Source: Vitrella brassicaformis CCMP3155 (taxonomy: Eukaryota > Protista > Chromerida). From it: a stretch of DNA of 64,000 nt. A program made the translations under genes and the position numbers. Positions 12,136 to 31,243 of the stretch are shown here, piece after piece. A model generated the notes under the pieces. That model saw nothing but the letters and a program-made list of their open reading frames with translations. It did no database searches and was not told where the DNA came from. The stretch is taken from contig CDMY01000288.1 of the NCBI GenBank assembly GCA_001179505.1, positions 1 through 64,000 on the forward strand. Reading direction: 5' to 3'. Every line of letters starts with the position of its first letter. Position 1 is the first letter of the stretch.

Positions 12136-12995
12136 GACAGACCGCCTCCGCCCACACCACACAGAGCACATCATGATCACAGTGCCAGTGCAACAAGCAA
12201 ACCATGCAATGAAGCAGATGCCCTCCCATCCCTACGCAAGCATCATTGCAGCTTCACCACGGCAACACCAGCGGTTTCGCACACTCTGACGAACGGGGAC
12301 GGGGGGGAAGCCGCATGTCCCAGGCAGGAGCAAGTGCAGTTCTCGTCACGTCGGTCCGCTGAGACGGCGTCGTCAAGCAGATCTTCACGATGAAGACCCA
12401 ATTGAGGCTCGGGGGGATGTGGGAGAGCGTGCTGGGGGGGCGAGAAGGACGCCAGAGGACGAGCCAATAAGGCTGAGCGATATGATGAGCTGCGGCGGGC
12501 AGCATCACGAGGAAAGGTCGGAGACGCCAACCACAGCCAAATGGGCACGGACGAGGACCGGACGAGGACCAACATCCCCCAGAGGGAGGGGAAGCCGATG
12601 GCATCCTCAGCCAAAAGAAAACAAGGCTGAGGATGCCTCGAGATCTGCCTTGGGATCTGCGAGCTCGGACGGGAGCGTTGGTGGGCCTTGCCTTCCCCTC
12701 TTCAGTGCGCAGATCAGTCATTCCAAGCTCGCAGCTGAGCTCGCATACGTTTCTCCCTTCGGTTACGTCGCTGGCAACATACAGCGTCCACTGGACCGTT
12801 CCCAGTGATTCTCAGCTGCCATCGCGTTCCCCTATCCCTGTAATGCGTCAACATTCATCCGGCCCCTGATTTGACGTCCATAGGGCCATCAGAACCGCAT
12901 CAACCTCTCCCTGACGCGCCACCTGGTCCCTTCGAAGCACCCGCCTCTGCCCCGTCTGTGTGTTCAAGCCATATATTGGTGGGTGATTGGTGGCA

Positions 12996-15900
12996 ATGTT
13001 GAGCCTGGCGCTTCCCGCGCGAAATGTGGAGCTGGACTTCACGCCGTTCGGTTACCTGCACCAGCGGCCGGTGGGTAGCGGACAGTTCGGGGCGGCACAC
13101 CTCGTGAGCGAAATCGATGACCCCGAATCATACTGGCTCGCTAAGGTGAGCTGATGGACTCTCTCTCTCTCTCTCTGTGTTGAGAGGCGTTCATTGTGCC
13201 GTTATTGTTGGTTTGTTCGTGTGATGGGATGGACGGGTGCAGGTGATTGATGTGGGTTCGTTGGATGCGCGGGACCGTCAGGCGGCGATGCAGGAGGCCG
13301 AGCTGCTCAAGAAGCTCGATAACCCCTACGTCGTGCGGTAAGTGGAGAGAGGGATGGATGGAGGAGAGGGATACTCATGGGGCCATGTGTTGGCGTGTAT
13401 GTGCTGTGGTGGGGTGGGTGCAGCAACCGTGAGTCGTTCATGATGCACTCTAAGCTGGTGATCATAATGGAGTACTGCGAGGACGGCGACCTCTACGACC
13501 AAATCGAACAGAGAAGCAGATCGCGGAACCCCGATCTCTTCCCTGGTGAGTGAGCCGTTCATCCACCCACACACACACCTCTGCACCCGCACACGCGTGC
13601 ATGTGTCATCGACTGTATTGTGTGTGTGTTGTGTGCGACAGAGGAGCAGATCATGAAGTGGTTCGGGCAGCTGGTGTTGGGGCTCAACTACATCCACAGC
13701 CAGAAGATACTCCACAGAGACCTCAAGACGCGAAACATCTTCCTCACCAGGTAAACACCCACACACACACACACACCCAGGCATCTGTCCAGCATGGCGT
13801 GTGTGTGTGTGTGTGTGTGGGTGTGGGTGTATTAGAGAGGGCACTGTGAAGATCGGTGATTTCGGCATCTCCAAGGTCTTGGTGGAGACCGTGGCCACCA
13901 AGAACCGCACCATCGTCGGCACGCCACAGTACATGAGCCCCGAGATGTGCGAGAATAAGCCTTACACGTTCAAGTCTGACATATGGGCGCTCGGTTGTGT
14001 GCTCTACGAGGTGAGCCGGTCCTTCAGCAGCAGCAGCATCATGGCGCATGTGTCGGCATCTCTCATGTGTGTGTTTGTGGTGTGCAGTTGTGTTCGTTGC
14101 GTTATGCGTTCTTTTCGGACTCTTTGTTGGGTTTGGTGTCCAAGATAGTGTTTGAGAAGTTCGAGCCCATCCCGTCTAGCTACTCGCCGTACCTGCAGGA
14201 GCTCGTCCGGTCAGAACCAAAGAGAGAGCGTTGACAGACGGACGGTGATGGGTTCTGGGCGTGGTGCGGTGTGTTGTGTCAGCCGTCTGCTTGCCAAGGA
14301 CCCCTCGATGCGGCCCACACTCTCGTCCATTCTCCTCGACGAATCGTTCCAGGTACACAAAGACACAGACACAGACACACATGCGGTTGACAATGCCTAA
14401 TATGTGGTGTGGTGGATGGACGGATGGCATTCGGCATCTGGTTGTCATGTCAGGCGTTTTTGCCGCAGGAGGCGACCATCTACAACTCGCCGACCTTCCG
14501 CAACCGGCGGCTGTCCATCACGCCGCAGCTGCCGGAGGAGCAGTTCAAGTTCCTCATCACCAAACTCAAATTCAAAATCGAAGCGCAGGTAGGTACCCAT
14601 GGCTTTCTCGTATGTCTTCCTCGTTACACATCTGTGTGTGTGTGTGTGTGTAGGGTATGACATTATCCCAGGTGATCCCGATGAAGAGCCCCATGCCGGG
14701 CAGCTGGACGAGGAAGGTCTCGCGCATCGACGAAGAGCCACAGGCACTACAGGCATGAACACACACACACGCCTTACACACACGCACACACACACACACA
14801 CAGCTGCAGCACATGATAGACGTGCGTGTGTCTGTGCAGCATCCCAAGCGGCGGGTGGAATTCTTCTACGACGAGCGGTCTGAGGGCGAAGACCAGGCTG
14901 GCCCTCAACCGGTGCGCCCAGCCATCTGCCCATCCATCCATGCCAAAAGTCCCATTATCTCCATTCTCTCCATCTCCCTCCGTGTGTGTGTGTGTGCAGG
15001 TGCGCACCGGTTCAGCCGTCAAGATCGACCCCATTTCTCTGACCATCCCCCGCGGACCCAACTCGCCAGCAGACTCTGACGACCAACACGTCAGTGACCT
15101 TTCCCCCTCTCTCCACCCACTTCGTCCACGGATGCCCGAAGGTGTGTGTGTGGTGTGTGTGGCTTGTAGGATGGTGAAGACCACACAGGGAGAGAGAGAG
15201 AGAAGGGCGGCGGGTCCAAGGAGGCCAACCCACAGGCGGGGGACGTCAGCAGTGGGGGGGCCGTGTCGCCCCCACCCACAGCACCGGCTGAATACTTCAA
15301 TATCAAGAGAGACGAGGAGGGGGCTCAGGTACGCTTAAGGTGCACATCCACACACACATAATAGGGCGGACGGGTGTGTGTGTGTGGTGGATTGTGTGTG
15401 GTGTGGTTGCAGAACGACCAGTGGCTGAAGCAGCCGATCAGCCTGAGCGAGTTTGTGTTCAACCTGTCCAATCGTGTGCCCAACCTGGGCCTCTCGGACA
15501 AGGAGATCAAGATGATCTACCGAAGAGTCCAGGTGGGTATGTTTATGTTTGTCTGTAAGCTTGTAACCACCAGCCAACCATCTCTATAGCCTCTTTGGAC
15601 CCTTTCTGTGTGTGTCTGTGTGTGTGCGCGCAGGGTCTGTCGCATGCAGACCTGGTGGTGCGTCAGATCCGTGACGCCCTGACCGACTCCCTCCCGTGGG
15701 GCTCTCTCTCTCTCCAAGAGGTTGGTGCACTCGACGAACGAACGAGCCACAGCGTCCGCACACCCAGATGCCCATCCATCTTTGTGTGCGTCTGTGTGTC
15801 AGCTGTGTTTGAACAACCTTTCTCGGTTCGCCATCGAGCAGGCCGGCGCCACCATACGGGAGGAGTGCCACAAGCTGGACAGCTTCGAGCAGGGCTGGGT

Positions 15901-18900
15901 CAAGGAATCTGACTTCAGGTACCCCCTCCCCCCAGCACCAACAGAGAGAGAGAGAGAGAGGGATGCCTTTGTGTTAGGTGCATCTTGGAGAAGGCGTTGC
16001 CGAAGCTGGGCAAGCCCGAGTTGGAGAAGATCGTATGGATCGCCGACAAGGACTCCCACGGCGACATCATCTTCGACCAGTTCCTCAAACACTTCTTCTC
16101 GGTCGTTAGAAGAGTCTCAAACCTCCACCTAGGTAGGTGCCTTGCACCCGACCCCCTCCCGCCATCCTCTCACCCCTGTGTGTGCTCATGTGTGTGTGCG
16201 TCAGTGCAATCGGTTGTGTCGGCAGCGGGCGATGTCGAGAAGGCGCGCGCCTCCCAGCGGGGCAGCACAATGTCGCCGCCTGGCGGCAAGCCGGGCCAGC
16301 AGAACATGCCGGACACGCTTCTGCCGCCCAGGAGCAAGAGCCTCTGGACGAGCGGCGTTACTACAGGTGGCTGAGGGAGGGAGGGAGGGAGGGAGGGAGG
16401 GAGGCACGAGCAGACAGCACACACAACTCACACATGGCTGCTGCATGGTGTGGGAATGGCAGATTTTGACGACGGTGGCGTGAGTCCCTCTGCCGCATCG
16501 CCGCGGAGCCCCTCGCTGCTCTCACCTTCGCTCGTATACCGGCGATCACGGTAAGCACCCACACCACACAGACCTGACTGTCAGGCGGAAGTTTCTCGCC
16601 CACTCCCTCCCTCCCTCCCTCAGAGTGATTCGGATGCCTGACGAGTACCTGGGTCTGGTGCTCGCCCGGATGCGCCGCAAAATCCGCAGCCAGAAGCTGC
16701 GGATGGAGACCCTCTTCGTCCGCTTCGACGCCTCCCAGCCGGACTACCGCCCGTCCATGATGGTCACTGACGAGGACGACCAGCGACGTACGCCACATAT
16801 ATCCACTTCCCCCACCCCTCCCCCCACCAGCCCCCACACACACATGGATGGATGGATGGATCAGGCATGGCGGATCCCGCCCATCTGCTGCACGGCATCC
16901 AGACCATCACAGAGGGAGACGAAGAGGACCATCACGAAGACGAAGATGTCGACAAGGAGGAGAGCGGCCGCCAGCGCGAGAATGAGCATGGCCACGCAGC
17001 AGGGATGCAGTCCGACACAGCCAAGTCCACACCCACTGGCAATAGGGCGAGGAAGCGGGCCGTCACCATCGGCGGTATTCTTCACAACACCACACTCACA
17101 CGCATGGACACGAGGACAGGGCCCACAGGGGTTTATGTGTGCGTGTGTGGCGTGATGTGTGTTGTGTGTTGTGTGTCAGGTGTGGGCCGTCTGTCGTTGT
17201 CTCACCACGAGGGCGAGTTGCGTTCGTCGAGCAATAGTCCGCTGGTGTCCCTGGACGACCTGAAGGAGGCCGTCAAGGCACACAACCTGGAGATTTCCAA
17301 TGAGGTGGGCGGGCTGCACACACAGACAAAGAGGAAAGTGTTATGTGTGTCGTGTGTTGTGCCTGCGTGTGTGAGCGTAGGAGTGTGAGCTCTTGTTCAA
17401 CCGCCTCGACCAGGGCCGCCCGGGCTTCGTAGCCGTCGACGAACTCATTGTGAGTCCATCCATCCATCCAATCAGCGCGCGTGGCAATGCACCCACCACC
17501 ACCTCTCTCTCTCTCTCTCTGTCTGTGTGTGTGTGTGTGTGACCTACCCACACCAACAGGCCCAGATTGAGAGCGAGGGCGGCAAGCGTCGCGAGGCGGC
17601 CGTGGCAGCCGAGCACTGGGCGAGGGAGCTCTTCACATGGGTCGACGAGTAAGTAACACAGAGATCTCACAGACTCGCAGAGAAAGAGATGACCCGAATC
17701 CGAATGTCTCTCTGCGCGTGGTGGTGTGTGTCTTGACGAGCTCAGGGGGTTGAAGAAGCGCATCTGTGACGCGTTTCGCGCGTTCGACCCCGATCAGAAG
17801 GGCTACGTCAACAAGAGCTTCTTCCGAACCGTCATGCACCTGTTCTTCCCTAAGGTGCGCAAACACACACGTACACACACACATGGGCACCATCTCGTTC
17901 TTCTGTGTGTGGTGTGATTGGTGTGTGTGGGCTCATGTCATGCAGCTGTCGTCGGGTCAGCTGGACACTTTGTTCAACATTGCCGACAAGACGTGGGACG
18001 GGGAGGTCGAGTACAATGAGTTCATCAACGGCGTCCTCAACCTCGGTACACGCCACACACCACTGCACCTAGCCCCCCACCCTGTGTGTGTGTGTTGTGG
18101 TTGCAGCGAATTCGCCGACGATGAGTCCGGCTGCCAACCAGGTGGTGTTTTCGCCGAGTGCCGGTGGCAGCAGCGGCTCGCACCGCAGCTCGTCCATCAC
18201 TTCACAGGCATCCTCCGCCTTCAACTCGCCACTGCACAGCAAAGCGATTGAATCCGCTTCCTCACCGGTCAGTCAGTACTCGGCACACACGTGTGGTCTC
18301 TTCGCAACGACGTGTGTGTGTGCGTGTGTGTGTGTGTGCAGAAACAGTCTTCTCGCATCTCACAGATGGACGTCCTCTTCGGCGCAATGATCGAAGGCAG
18401 GGTCGCACACCACCCCTGCACACACCCCAAAGCAGACACACCCCTCTCTCTGTGTGTCTGTCTGTCTGTCTGTCTGTGTGTCATCAGGTGTGCTGGTGGA
18501 TGCTGGTCGCGACGGCAGGCTGGACGACATGTGTCTGACCTCTGGGCTGGAGCGGCAGGACGCCGCAACACTCGGTTCACAGCTCAACGCCCTCAGGGCT
18601 GTGCAGGACGTTGTCGAGCAGCTCCAGAGAGAGAGAGATTGGTACGCCTGTGTGTCTGGGTGTGCATGGGGGTCACTCGCCTGTGTGTGTGTGTGTGTAG
18701 GTCGTGTGTTGTGGTGACGGATAGAGGCGACGAGGACTCGTTGAAGGTCCGTCGAGGCATCCCCCACACACACGCATCGACACACACACACACACACACT
18801 TCTGTCTGTCTGTCTGTCTGTGTGTCTGCAGGAGTTGAGCAAGGAGCGTGCAGTGCTGGACGCGTGGCTGACCAAGATGGACGAGGCGCTGTCCTCGTGC

Positions 18901-20642
18901 ATCCTCCCCCACTTCCACACCAAGAAGAAGCCGCCCCCCACACATTCACTTGCCGCGTCGCCCCAGACCAAACAGCCTTCACGCCTAGCATCGCCACGCA
19001 AGACCCAGGCGGCTTCACCCCGTGGACGAGCAGTGAGCGACCCCCTCCCCCCTCTCCCACCAACTCTCAACACATACACACATCTCTCTCTCGCTCTGTG
19101 TGTGTGTGTGTGTCATTGTCTTAGGACGGTTTTATCCGTCGCATCGGCGAGACTTTGCACGAGAAGGAGATGTACCAGCAGATGGAGGCCGCCAGGGAGA
19201 AACGCAGACGAGAGGCCGCCGGCGAGAAGGCTGCCGGCGACAAGGAGGGACACACACAGCAAGAGGCCTCTGGTGCCTCGGCGGCTGAGTCGCCCAAGTC
19301 GCCCAAGTTCAAGCTGACGGGGCTGGCTGAGCACGAGCAGCCTGGTTCGCTGGCGTCGATGGCGGCGACGAGCGTCTACACGGAGAGCGACGAGAGCATC
19401 TTCGACACGGGCGCTGGTGACGCACACAAGAGGCGGAGAGCCTCTGGGGAGGAGGATGAAGAGGAGGATGAAGAAGAGGATGAAGACCAAGTGAGTGGGC
19501 TATATACCTTCTCTCTCTCTCGCAAAGGAAATCTCTGGTTCTGTCGTGTGTGTGTGTGTGTATGTGTGTGTGTGTAGGGTGAGGAGCAGTGCGACTGCTG
19601 GGTGTCGTATCTGCCGGAGCTCATGGCAGACCTCCGGGCACACCGGCAAGCCGTGGATCTGATGCGCCAGCAGATCACCGAACACCAAACCGACATCACC
19701 TGGGCCGGACGATTCGCCGCCACGGCCGGTCAGTCACTTCCCACACACTGCCACGTCAGTCCAGAGTGCATCTGTGTGCTGTGTGCAGGGTTCTATGGTA
19801 AAGTGATCTTGGCTGCGACTGCCTGGTGCATCGGCGTGATATCCCAGCTGCTGGCGCCCATGACCGTCGAGGCTGAGGACTACAGACTCCTGTGCCTGCT
19901 CAAGGAGCAGGTACACACACACACACATACCAAGACCCCCCTGTGTGTGGGGGGGCTCTACTGCATGCCCCTCTCTCTCTCCGTGTGTGGGCGTAGCTGG
20001 GCCGCGAGCGTGGCTTCGTGTGTGCGATGGGCTCCAAGGCGTCACTCAAGAGAGACTGGGACGCCGCGCGGGTGTTTGCAGGTCGGTATCGTGGCAACAA
20101 ACACCGCCCAGCCATCCCATCCCCACCGCGAGTGTCTGTGTGTCGGGTTATGTATGTGTTGTCAGAGATGGTCGGTGCGCGTCGTTTCCTGATAGCGTCA
20201 CTGCGCGGCACGTCGTTTGCCGAGGTCAAGGCTTTGGACAAGCTGGAGCGGGTGGAGGACGCACTGTGGAAAGTGCAGGGCAAAGTCAGGGTGAGTTGCG
20301 CGCCACACCACACCACACCATTATACGCACCATGAATGGCTGGTACCCGTCCGTGTCTGTGTGTCTTCCATCCAGGCTGCCAAGTGGTTCCAGGTGGTGT
20401 CAGCGGTCATCGAGTGCGTCACCAAGTCGCAAAACGAAACGCTCAGAAAGGTGCCTAGGCACACACCTCAGCCCTCACCAACACACACCCAGAGCAGTGA
20501 GGTAGCCAGCCCATCGGCTCCCTCCGTGTCTGTCTGCACCGTGTGTTACGTCAGGTTGAGAAGCTCTTCCCCACGGCCGTCGAGACCGCCCTTGCCGAAA
20601 CACCCGGACCAGCAGCGGCAGCAGTGGCACCCTGACGAATGA
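12996..20642 (+). CDS. NEK: NIMA-related (NEK) kinase with multiple C-terminal EF-hand pairs and a long helical/low-complexity tail (about 30 exons)
   Basis: ATG at 12996; [84 protein letters not shown] form a typical NEK signature. EF-loop-like motifs: [65 protein letters not shown]. Continuity of the 3' half with the kinase is inferred from unbroken exon/intron spacing. Confidence 0.85.
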
Positions 20643-21471
20643 CCGGGCGCGGTTGTTTATTGGCTGATTGATGGGTTGCTGGTGTGGGTGGGGTGCGTGA
20701 GTGACAGCGACAGTGGCGTGGAGACACACACACACAGACACACACACACACACAGACACACACACACGGGCGAGGAGGCACCAAAGGGGGCCTCCTCGCC
20801 ACAGGTACAGGGGGCGGGCGCGTGGGGGTGGGTGGGATGGTGGGTGTCAGGTAGTGTGTGCTTTGCTCTTTCTGTGCTTCACTGCCACCATTTGCTGTGT
20901 TGTGTTGGTTCTCGCTTACCTTACCTTACCTTACCTTGCAGCGTTGCGTGTGCCAGGTCAGGTGTATATCATGAATGACATGGCTGGGCGTATGCGGCTC
21001 GCGTTGCGTTGCGTTGCGTGTGAGAGGCCATCCCCCATTTCTTCGGCTGCGTGTTGCGTGGGCCGTGTACATCAATCACATCATTTGGTGTTTGGTGTTT
21101 TCCTCCCTGGTGCGTGCCGTGCCGCCTTTGCTCTGTTCCATCCATCCATTTGGCTTGCGATGCGAGGACTGGTGCTTTGTGGCGTTGCTGCCTAGCTATA
21201 GGTGGGTGAGTCGTTCGTTTGTGCGGCCGTGTATGGTGCATTCATTCACGCACTCACACACGGGTCAAGTCGTGTCGCTCTATGGCGTATGTGGGTGTTT
21301 TGTGAGAGAGGGGTCAGTAGACGAGGGAGGGAGACCCACCACCCTGACCAGTTACTTCATTCATTTGTTTAAGTAATTCCGCTACAAGCAAACACGCAAT
21401 GCATGGACCACGTAGCGACAACGACAAAAACACTCACTCTGTCTGACACATCCCATGGCCAATGCACAGCA

Positions 21472-21561
21472 GCGTACTTCTTCCGCACGAACAGCTGCAC
21501 GAAGCCGCCGCCCCATTTCCGGCGGGGGCTTTGTCCAGCTGTTCGTGAAGAAGAAGTACGC
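21472..21561. repeat. Inverted repeat: 41-bp arms with 5 mismatches and an 8-nt loop
   Basis: Arm 21472-21512 pairs with arm 21521-21561; loop CCATTTCC. It also appears as mirror-image peptides in the ORF track (AYFFRTNSCTKPPP / AYFFFTNSWTKPPP). Confidence 0.9.
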
Positions 21562-21910
21562 ACACTCATTGGCGGACAGACATCCCCCCGGAAGATACCC
21601 TTCCACACACGACCATACACACAACACCGACTCCCGGGGGGGTGAGGGTCGTCACATGGCAGTCACCAACACAAAATCGGAGGCGTATCTGGACCGTCCA
21701 GACATGCCGTCGATTTGTTGAAGGTCTCTGACAGGCGAGGAGCCCCATCAACCACCCATCTCTCTCTCACCACTAACACCTATCGACAACACAGAAGAAC
21801 AGCCAGGCAAGTCGTGTATCGCTCCCCAACACACGCACACTCCTATGCGGTCCCCTCCCGTGGTTGCGGTCAAGGTGCTCGCCAAGGAAGAAGTCGAAAG
21901 CATATCTAAT
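21521..21910 (+). pseudogene. Relic of a family-A kinase N-lobe exon
   Basis: GGGFVQLFVKKK (21521-) resembles GQGGFSVVQMFVRR / GGYGAVQLMVRK of A2/A3. PVVAVKVLAK (about 21850-21885) resembles subdomain II. A stop lies between them and no downstream exons were found. Confidence 0.45.
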
Positions 21911-22404
21911 AGAGTCGATCGATCAGATAGGCCTTCGATTCGTTGTCGGCCTCCTTCGCGAACACCCCTTCACCGCCACGGTACACGGACGAGCGCGTGG
22001 ATATATCTGAGCAGCTTCAAGTTCATATCACCACAAGACCACCGCCACAAGCCCGCCCGCCCGCCTTCGTGTGAGCCCCGGACACTGAGCTAATGGACAC
22101 CACACACACACAGCCAGCCTTACACAGGCATGGGAAAGGAGAGGCCCCTCCCTCCCTCCATCGACTCAGTCACCTGCAATGGCTGCAGCCGCGACGCCCA
22201 GGAGGGATCCGGGATCTCTCCCTCTTCTCGACGAGCCGCTGCCAGCCAGTCATCCCTTGTCTGCCGCCTCACTGCTCGTGCGATGTCGTCGTCGTCGGGT
22301 GCCGCCGCCTTGCCGCCTCCAGATCTTCGAGCTGTGAGAGATGCGGCCGCCTCTTCGATGAAATATGAGTTGATCTGGCCAACAAACTCGGCTGTAGCAG
22401 TCAG

Positions 22405-25023
22405 TCAACGGCTGTGGTGCGATGGGGGGGAGCAGCACGGACATTTTCCTCCTTTGCGGCCTCTTGCGAGCTTTCCTTCCCTGAGCTCGCCCTTTTTCCG
22501 AAAGCGTGAGTGGATTTCCAGGCTGGCATCTTGCAGATGATCTCTCGCCGGTGCGCCAAGCAGATGGACGAACGATGAAATTTGGATGCCTCTGATTTTC
22601 TCGACAGCGTTGAGTGGCGCCAAAGGGCAGGTTCCATTCTCAACTGCTGCCCGGAATCTGCTGCATGTGCCACAGGTATGTAACCGCACACTGATCGATG
22701 GATGGATGGATGGATGGATGGATGGCGTGGATGGTGCAGGTGGCTGGTAGCTTGCGAGATGTTTCAGACGACTTAGCCGATCATCGCATAGAAATCATGA
22801 CTGAGAGGGCACACAGGTGAGGCAGCAGGCAGCTCAAAGGGGTGATTGTGCCATCGCCTGTTGCTGCCGGTTTCTCAGGGGCAGAGCCGTGGTTTGGCGG
22901 CCTCAGCTGGTGCTGGTGGTGCTGGTGGTGCTGGTGGGGAGGAGGAGGACAGTGTAGCTGCGGCCGATGGAGAAACGGTGAGACCGGCCAGAGGCGATGA
23001 GTGACAGACAGACAGACAGACAGACACACTCACCGCTCTGCCGCTCCCTGTGTGTTGTGCAGGTGCTCATGTTGGTGATGCCCTTCCTGCCGCTCCACAT
23101 CCTCGTCCCTCTCCCCCTGCGGCGGCCCAAGAGCTCCAAGCTGCTGTGGGAAGAGGCGGCAATCAGCCACACACGGCTCTTCATCGACTGCGCAGCCAAA
23201 GCTGACCACCAGTACTGGCATTCGCAGACCGAGGGCCGCGTGTTTTGGCAGCGCATCCCTCCCCTCTCCGTCGAGCGCGTAGCGGCACGGCTCACCGGCC
23301 TCACCGAGATCACCCTCTGCCACCCTGAGAACCACCCCGTGTGGTGCAGTGACGTGTTGGTCTCCGTCATTGAGACCACAGCCGCCCCGCCCGCCCGGCC
23401 CGATGGACAGGCAGACGCCAGCCGGTTGGAGACCATCGCATTCGAGAAGGTGCAGCTGAGTGAAGCGGAGCTGGGCGACCAGCAGCGGCAGCGTCCCCTT
23501 CTCCCTGATCCCCTCGCCAAGCCCCCCACCCTCCCTCCCCTCGCCGAGCCCCCCACCCTCTCTCTCCCGTCGCTCAAGGCCGTGATAGGAGCCGCCGGAG
23601 GGCACGGTGTCCTGGCCGACAGAGGGTGGAGGGTGCCGTCACTAAAGCGCCTGGAGCAGCAGGGCTGGGGTGCGGACAAGGTGTGCCGCTTCGTCAGCTC
23701 GTCACTGTCGCTGCAGCACGTCGGCGGGAGGCTGTCGGATGATGGCTGGGCCGGTGTGTTTGAGCGCATGCCTGAGGCCGCTGCTGGGCAGAGGGGGCCA
23801 CTTGCACGTCTGCAGAGTATCGGCACCATCGAGCTGCACGACAGTCCTGAGGCGGCCCGTGGAGCGATCGCCAGACTGCAGGTACGTAACCAGCAATGGA
23901 TGCCGGTGCAATATAGGTCATTTTGGATGTGTGTGATCTTCCTGTGTGCAGGTGGCACTCGAGTCGCGTGGCTGCCGCCGGTCGCTCACTCAGCTGAGCG
24001 CGGCGATGAGCTTTTTCAGGTTCGACAGCAGTGTCCTTCCCGTCGTGCAGTCCCTCGAGTCGCTGCACAAGACGTGCTGCCGAGCCGACGCCCGAGTCGT
24101 CCTCGAGGCCCAACGTGTCACCAGTTTCGACCTGTCGCTCTTCTACAGCGACGACTTTCCCCCCAACCCCTCGCCCCTCTTCAAGACGATGATGCAACAA
24201 CTCGCACGGCAGACGACAACCGTGGCCTACGTCATCAGCGAGCATGACCTCACCCACCCCGTCGACAGCCCCAGTAAGGCCGCCATCGACATCGCCGAGA
24301 GCCTCACATTTGATGGTGCGCGCTCCGTGTCGGTCTGCAATGCCATTGGCTTCGTCCCCCCTCCCGACACCCCATTGCCCCATCCCACCATCATCAACCA
24401 CCTGCAGCACTTCCCAGATTCCCCAGAGCTCCCAGATTCCCCAGAGCTGTGCATTGACAGCCGGCTGGGCGGTGAAGCGGGTCGGCTGTTGGCACAGAAG
24501 ATGCCCACTGAGTTGAGGAAGGTGGAGTTCGGGAGCGCTGTGAGCGCACAGGACCGACGGGTCATGTTGGAGGGGCTGGGTAAGGGGAGGCAGGTGGGCA
24601 CCGTCAGCGTCGATGCAGGGGAGGGGGTCAAGCTCGGTGAGGGCCCCTTCGTCGACTGGACGTCGGACAGCTTCCCCTCGATTCGCACCATGAAGATACG
24701 CTTGAGGAGTACGCACCCACATGGAGGTTGGTTCAGCTTGCGTGTGCATCATCGCCGTGTGTATGTGGTGTTCCTCAGAGCTCATGCTCGATGAGCTGGA
24801 TCCCTCTGCTGCAGCTGAGACCATCCGCGAGGGCATCTCATCGGTTGTCGGTGCCGTGCGAGGCTTGGAGTGTTTGTCGGTGCATGTGGAAGGCATCGGG
24901 GCCATTCGCGACGCCGTTCAGCAGCTGCTCCCCCCGCGCACGATGATCGGCTCCAGCTTCATCATCAGGACACAGGCGTCCTGTGTCCTGTGGGTTGACG
25001 TGATTGCAAGGCGTATCTTTTAG
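22405..25023 (+). CDS. Member of an expanded lineage-specific protein family; coding exons 23062-25023 open, 5' part (22405-22980) degenerate
   Basis: Long exons VLMLVMPFLPLHILV...GAIARLQ / VALESRGCRRSLTQL...FDLSLFYSDDFPPNPSPLFKTMMQQLA... / ELMLDELD...RRIF*. The style resembles a family I recall from Vitrella proteins (unverified). Includes an 18-bp tandem duplication (PDSPEL x2, about 24412-24447). Confidence 0.65.
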
Positions 25024-25257
25024 AGGGTGAGGCGGAGCAGTGCATCCATCGCCCTTATAATACGAGTGTGTGTGTGTGTTCAGGCTGTGTGTCGAGTTGA
25101 GCCAGTCGTGACACAACAGCACCGTTCCGTAGCGCTCCCATCCCATCCGTCTGTGTGTGCGTCTGTATAGCTTTGTGTGTGTGTGTGTGCATAGAGAGAG
25201 GGTGCATTGGTGTGAATGCCGCGTGGCTGCCTCGTCGATGGATGGGTGGATGCATAG

Positions 25258-25420
25258 GCGGCGTGCCTGCGTCTGTTCGTCTGTATGTTTGTCTGTTTGC
25301 CGGCCAATTTGCCCGTCTTTGGGCGGGCTGGTGTGCCATTAGACCTGCGCTCCCTGCTGCTGTCCCCTGCTTATCGCCTCCTCTCTGTCTCTCTCTCTCT
25401 CTCTCTCTCTGGACAGACAG
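25258..25420. repeat. Short interspersed repeat, copy 2 (upstream of DYRKP)
   Basis: Homologous to 7905-8110; the palindrome core is degenerate here. Confidence 0.65.
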
Positions 25421-25670
25421 CAAAGCTCAGAGAGCACACCTTTGGTGACAGTCAGACAGACGGACGGACGGACGGGCCAGCCAAGGTGATGCATGCTGCA
25501 TGTTGGTGTGACCGCACCTTGAATGGACTGTGTGAGGATACTCTATGTGCGCTTCCACAAATACCGAATAATCCGTTCCTCCCCTTTCCAGCCGTTTCTT
25601 GACCGTAAACCCTGCTGCGGGCATTCGCATGATTCATTGATAGGAGCTGGCTGCTGTAGATCTCGACGCA

Positions 25671-31243
<5,573 letters not shown>

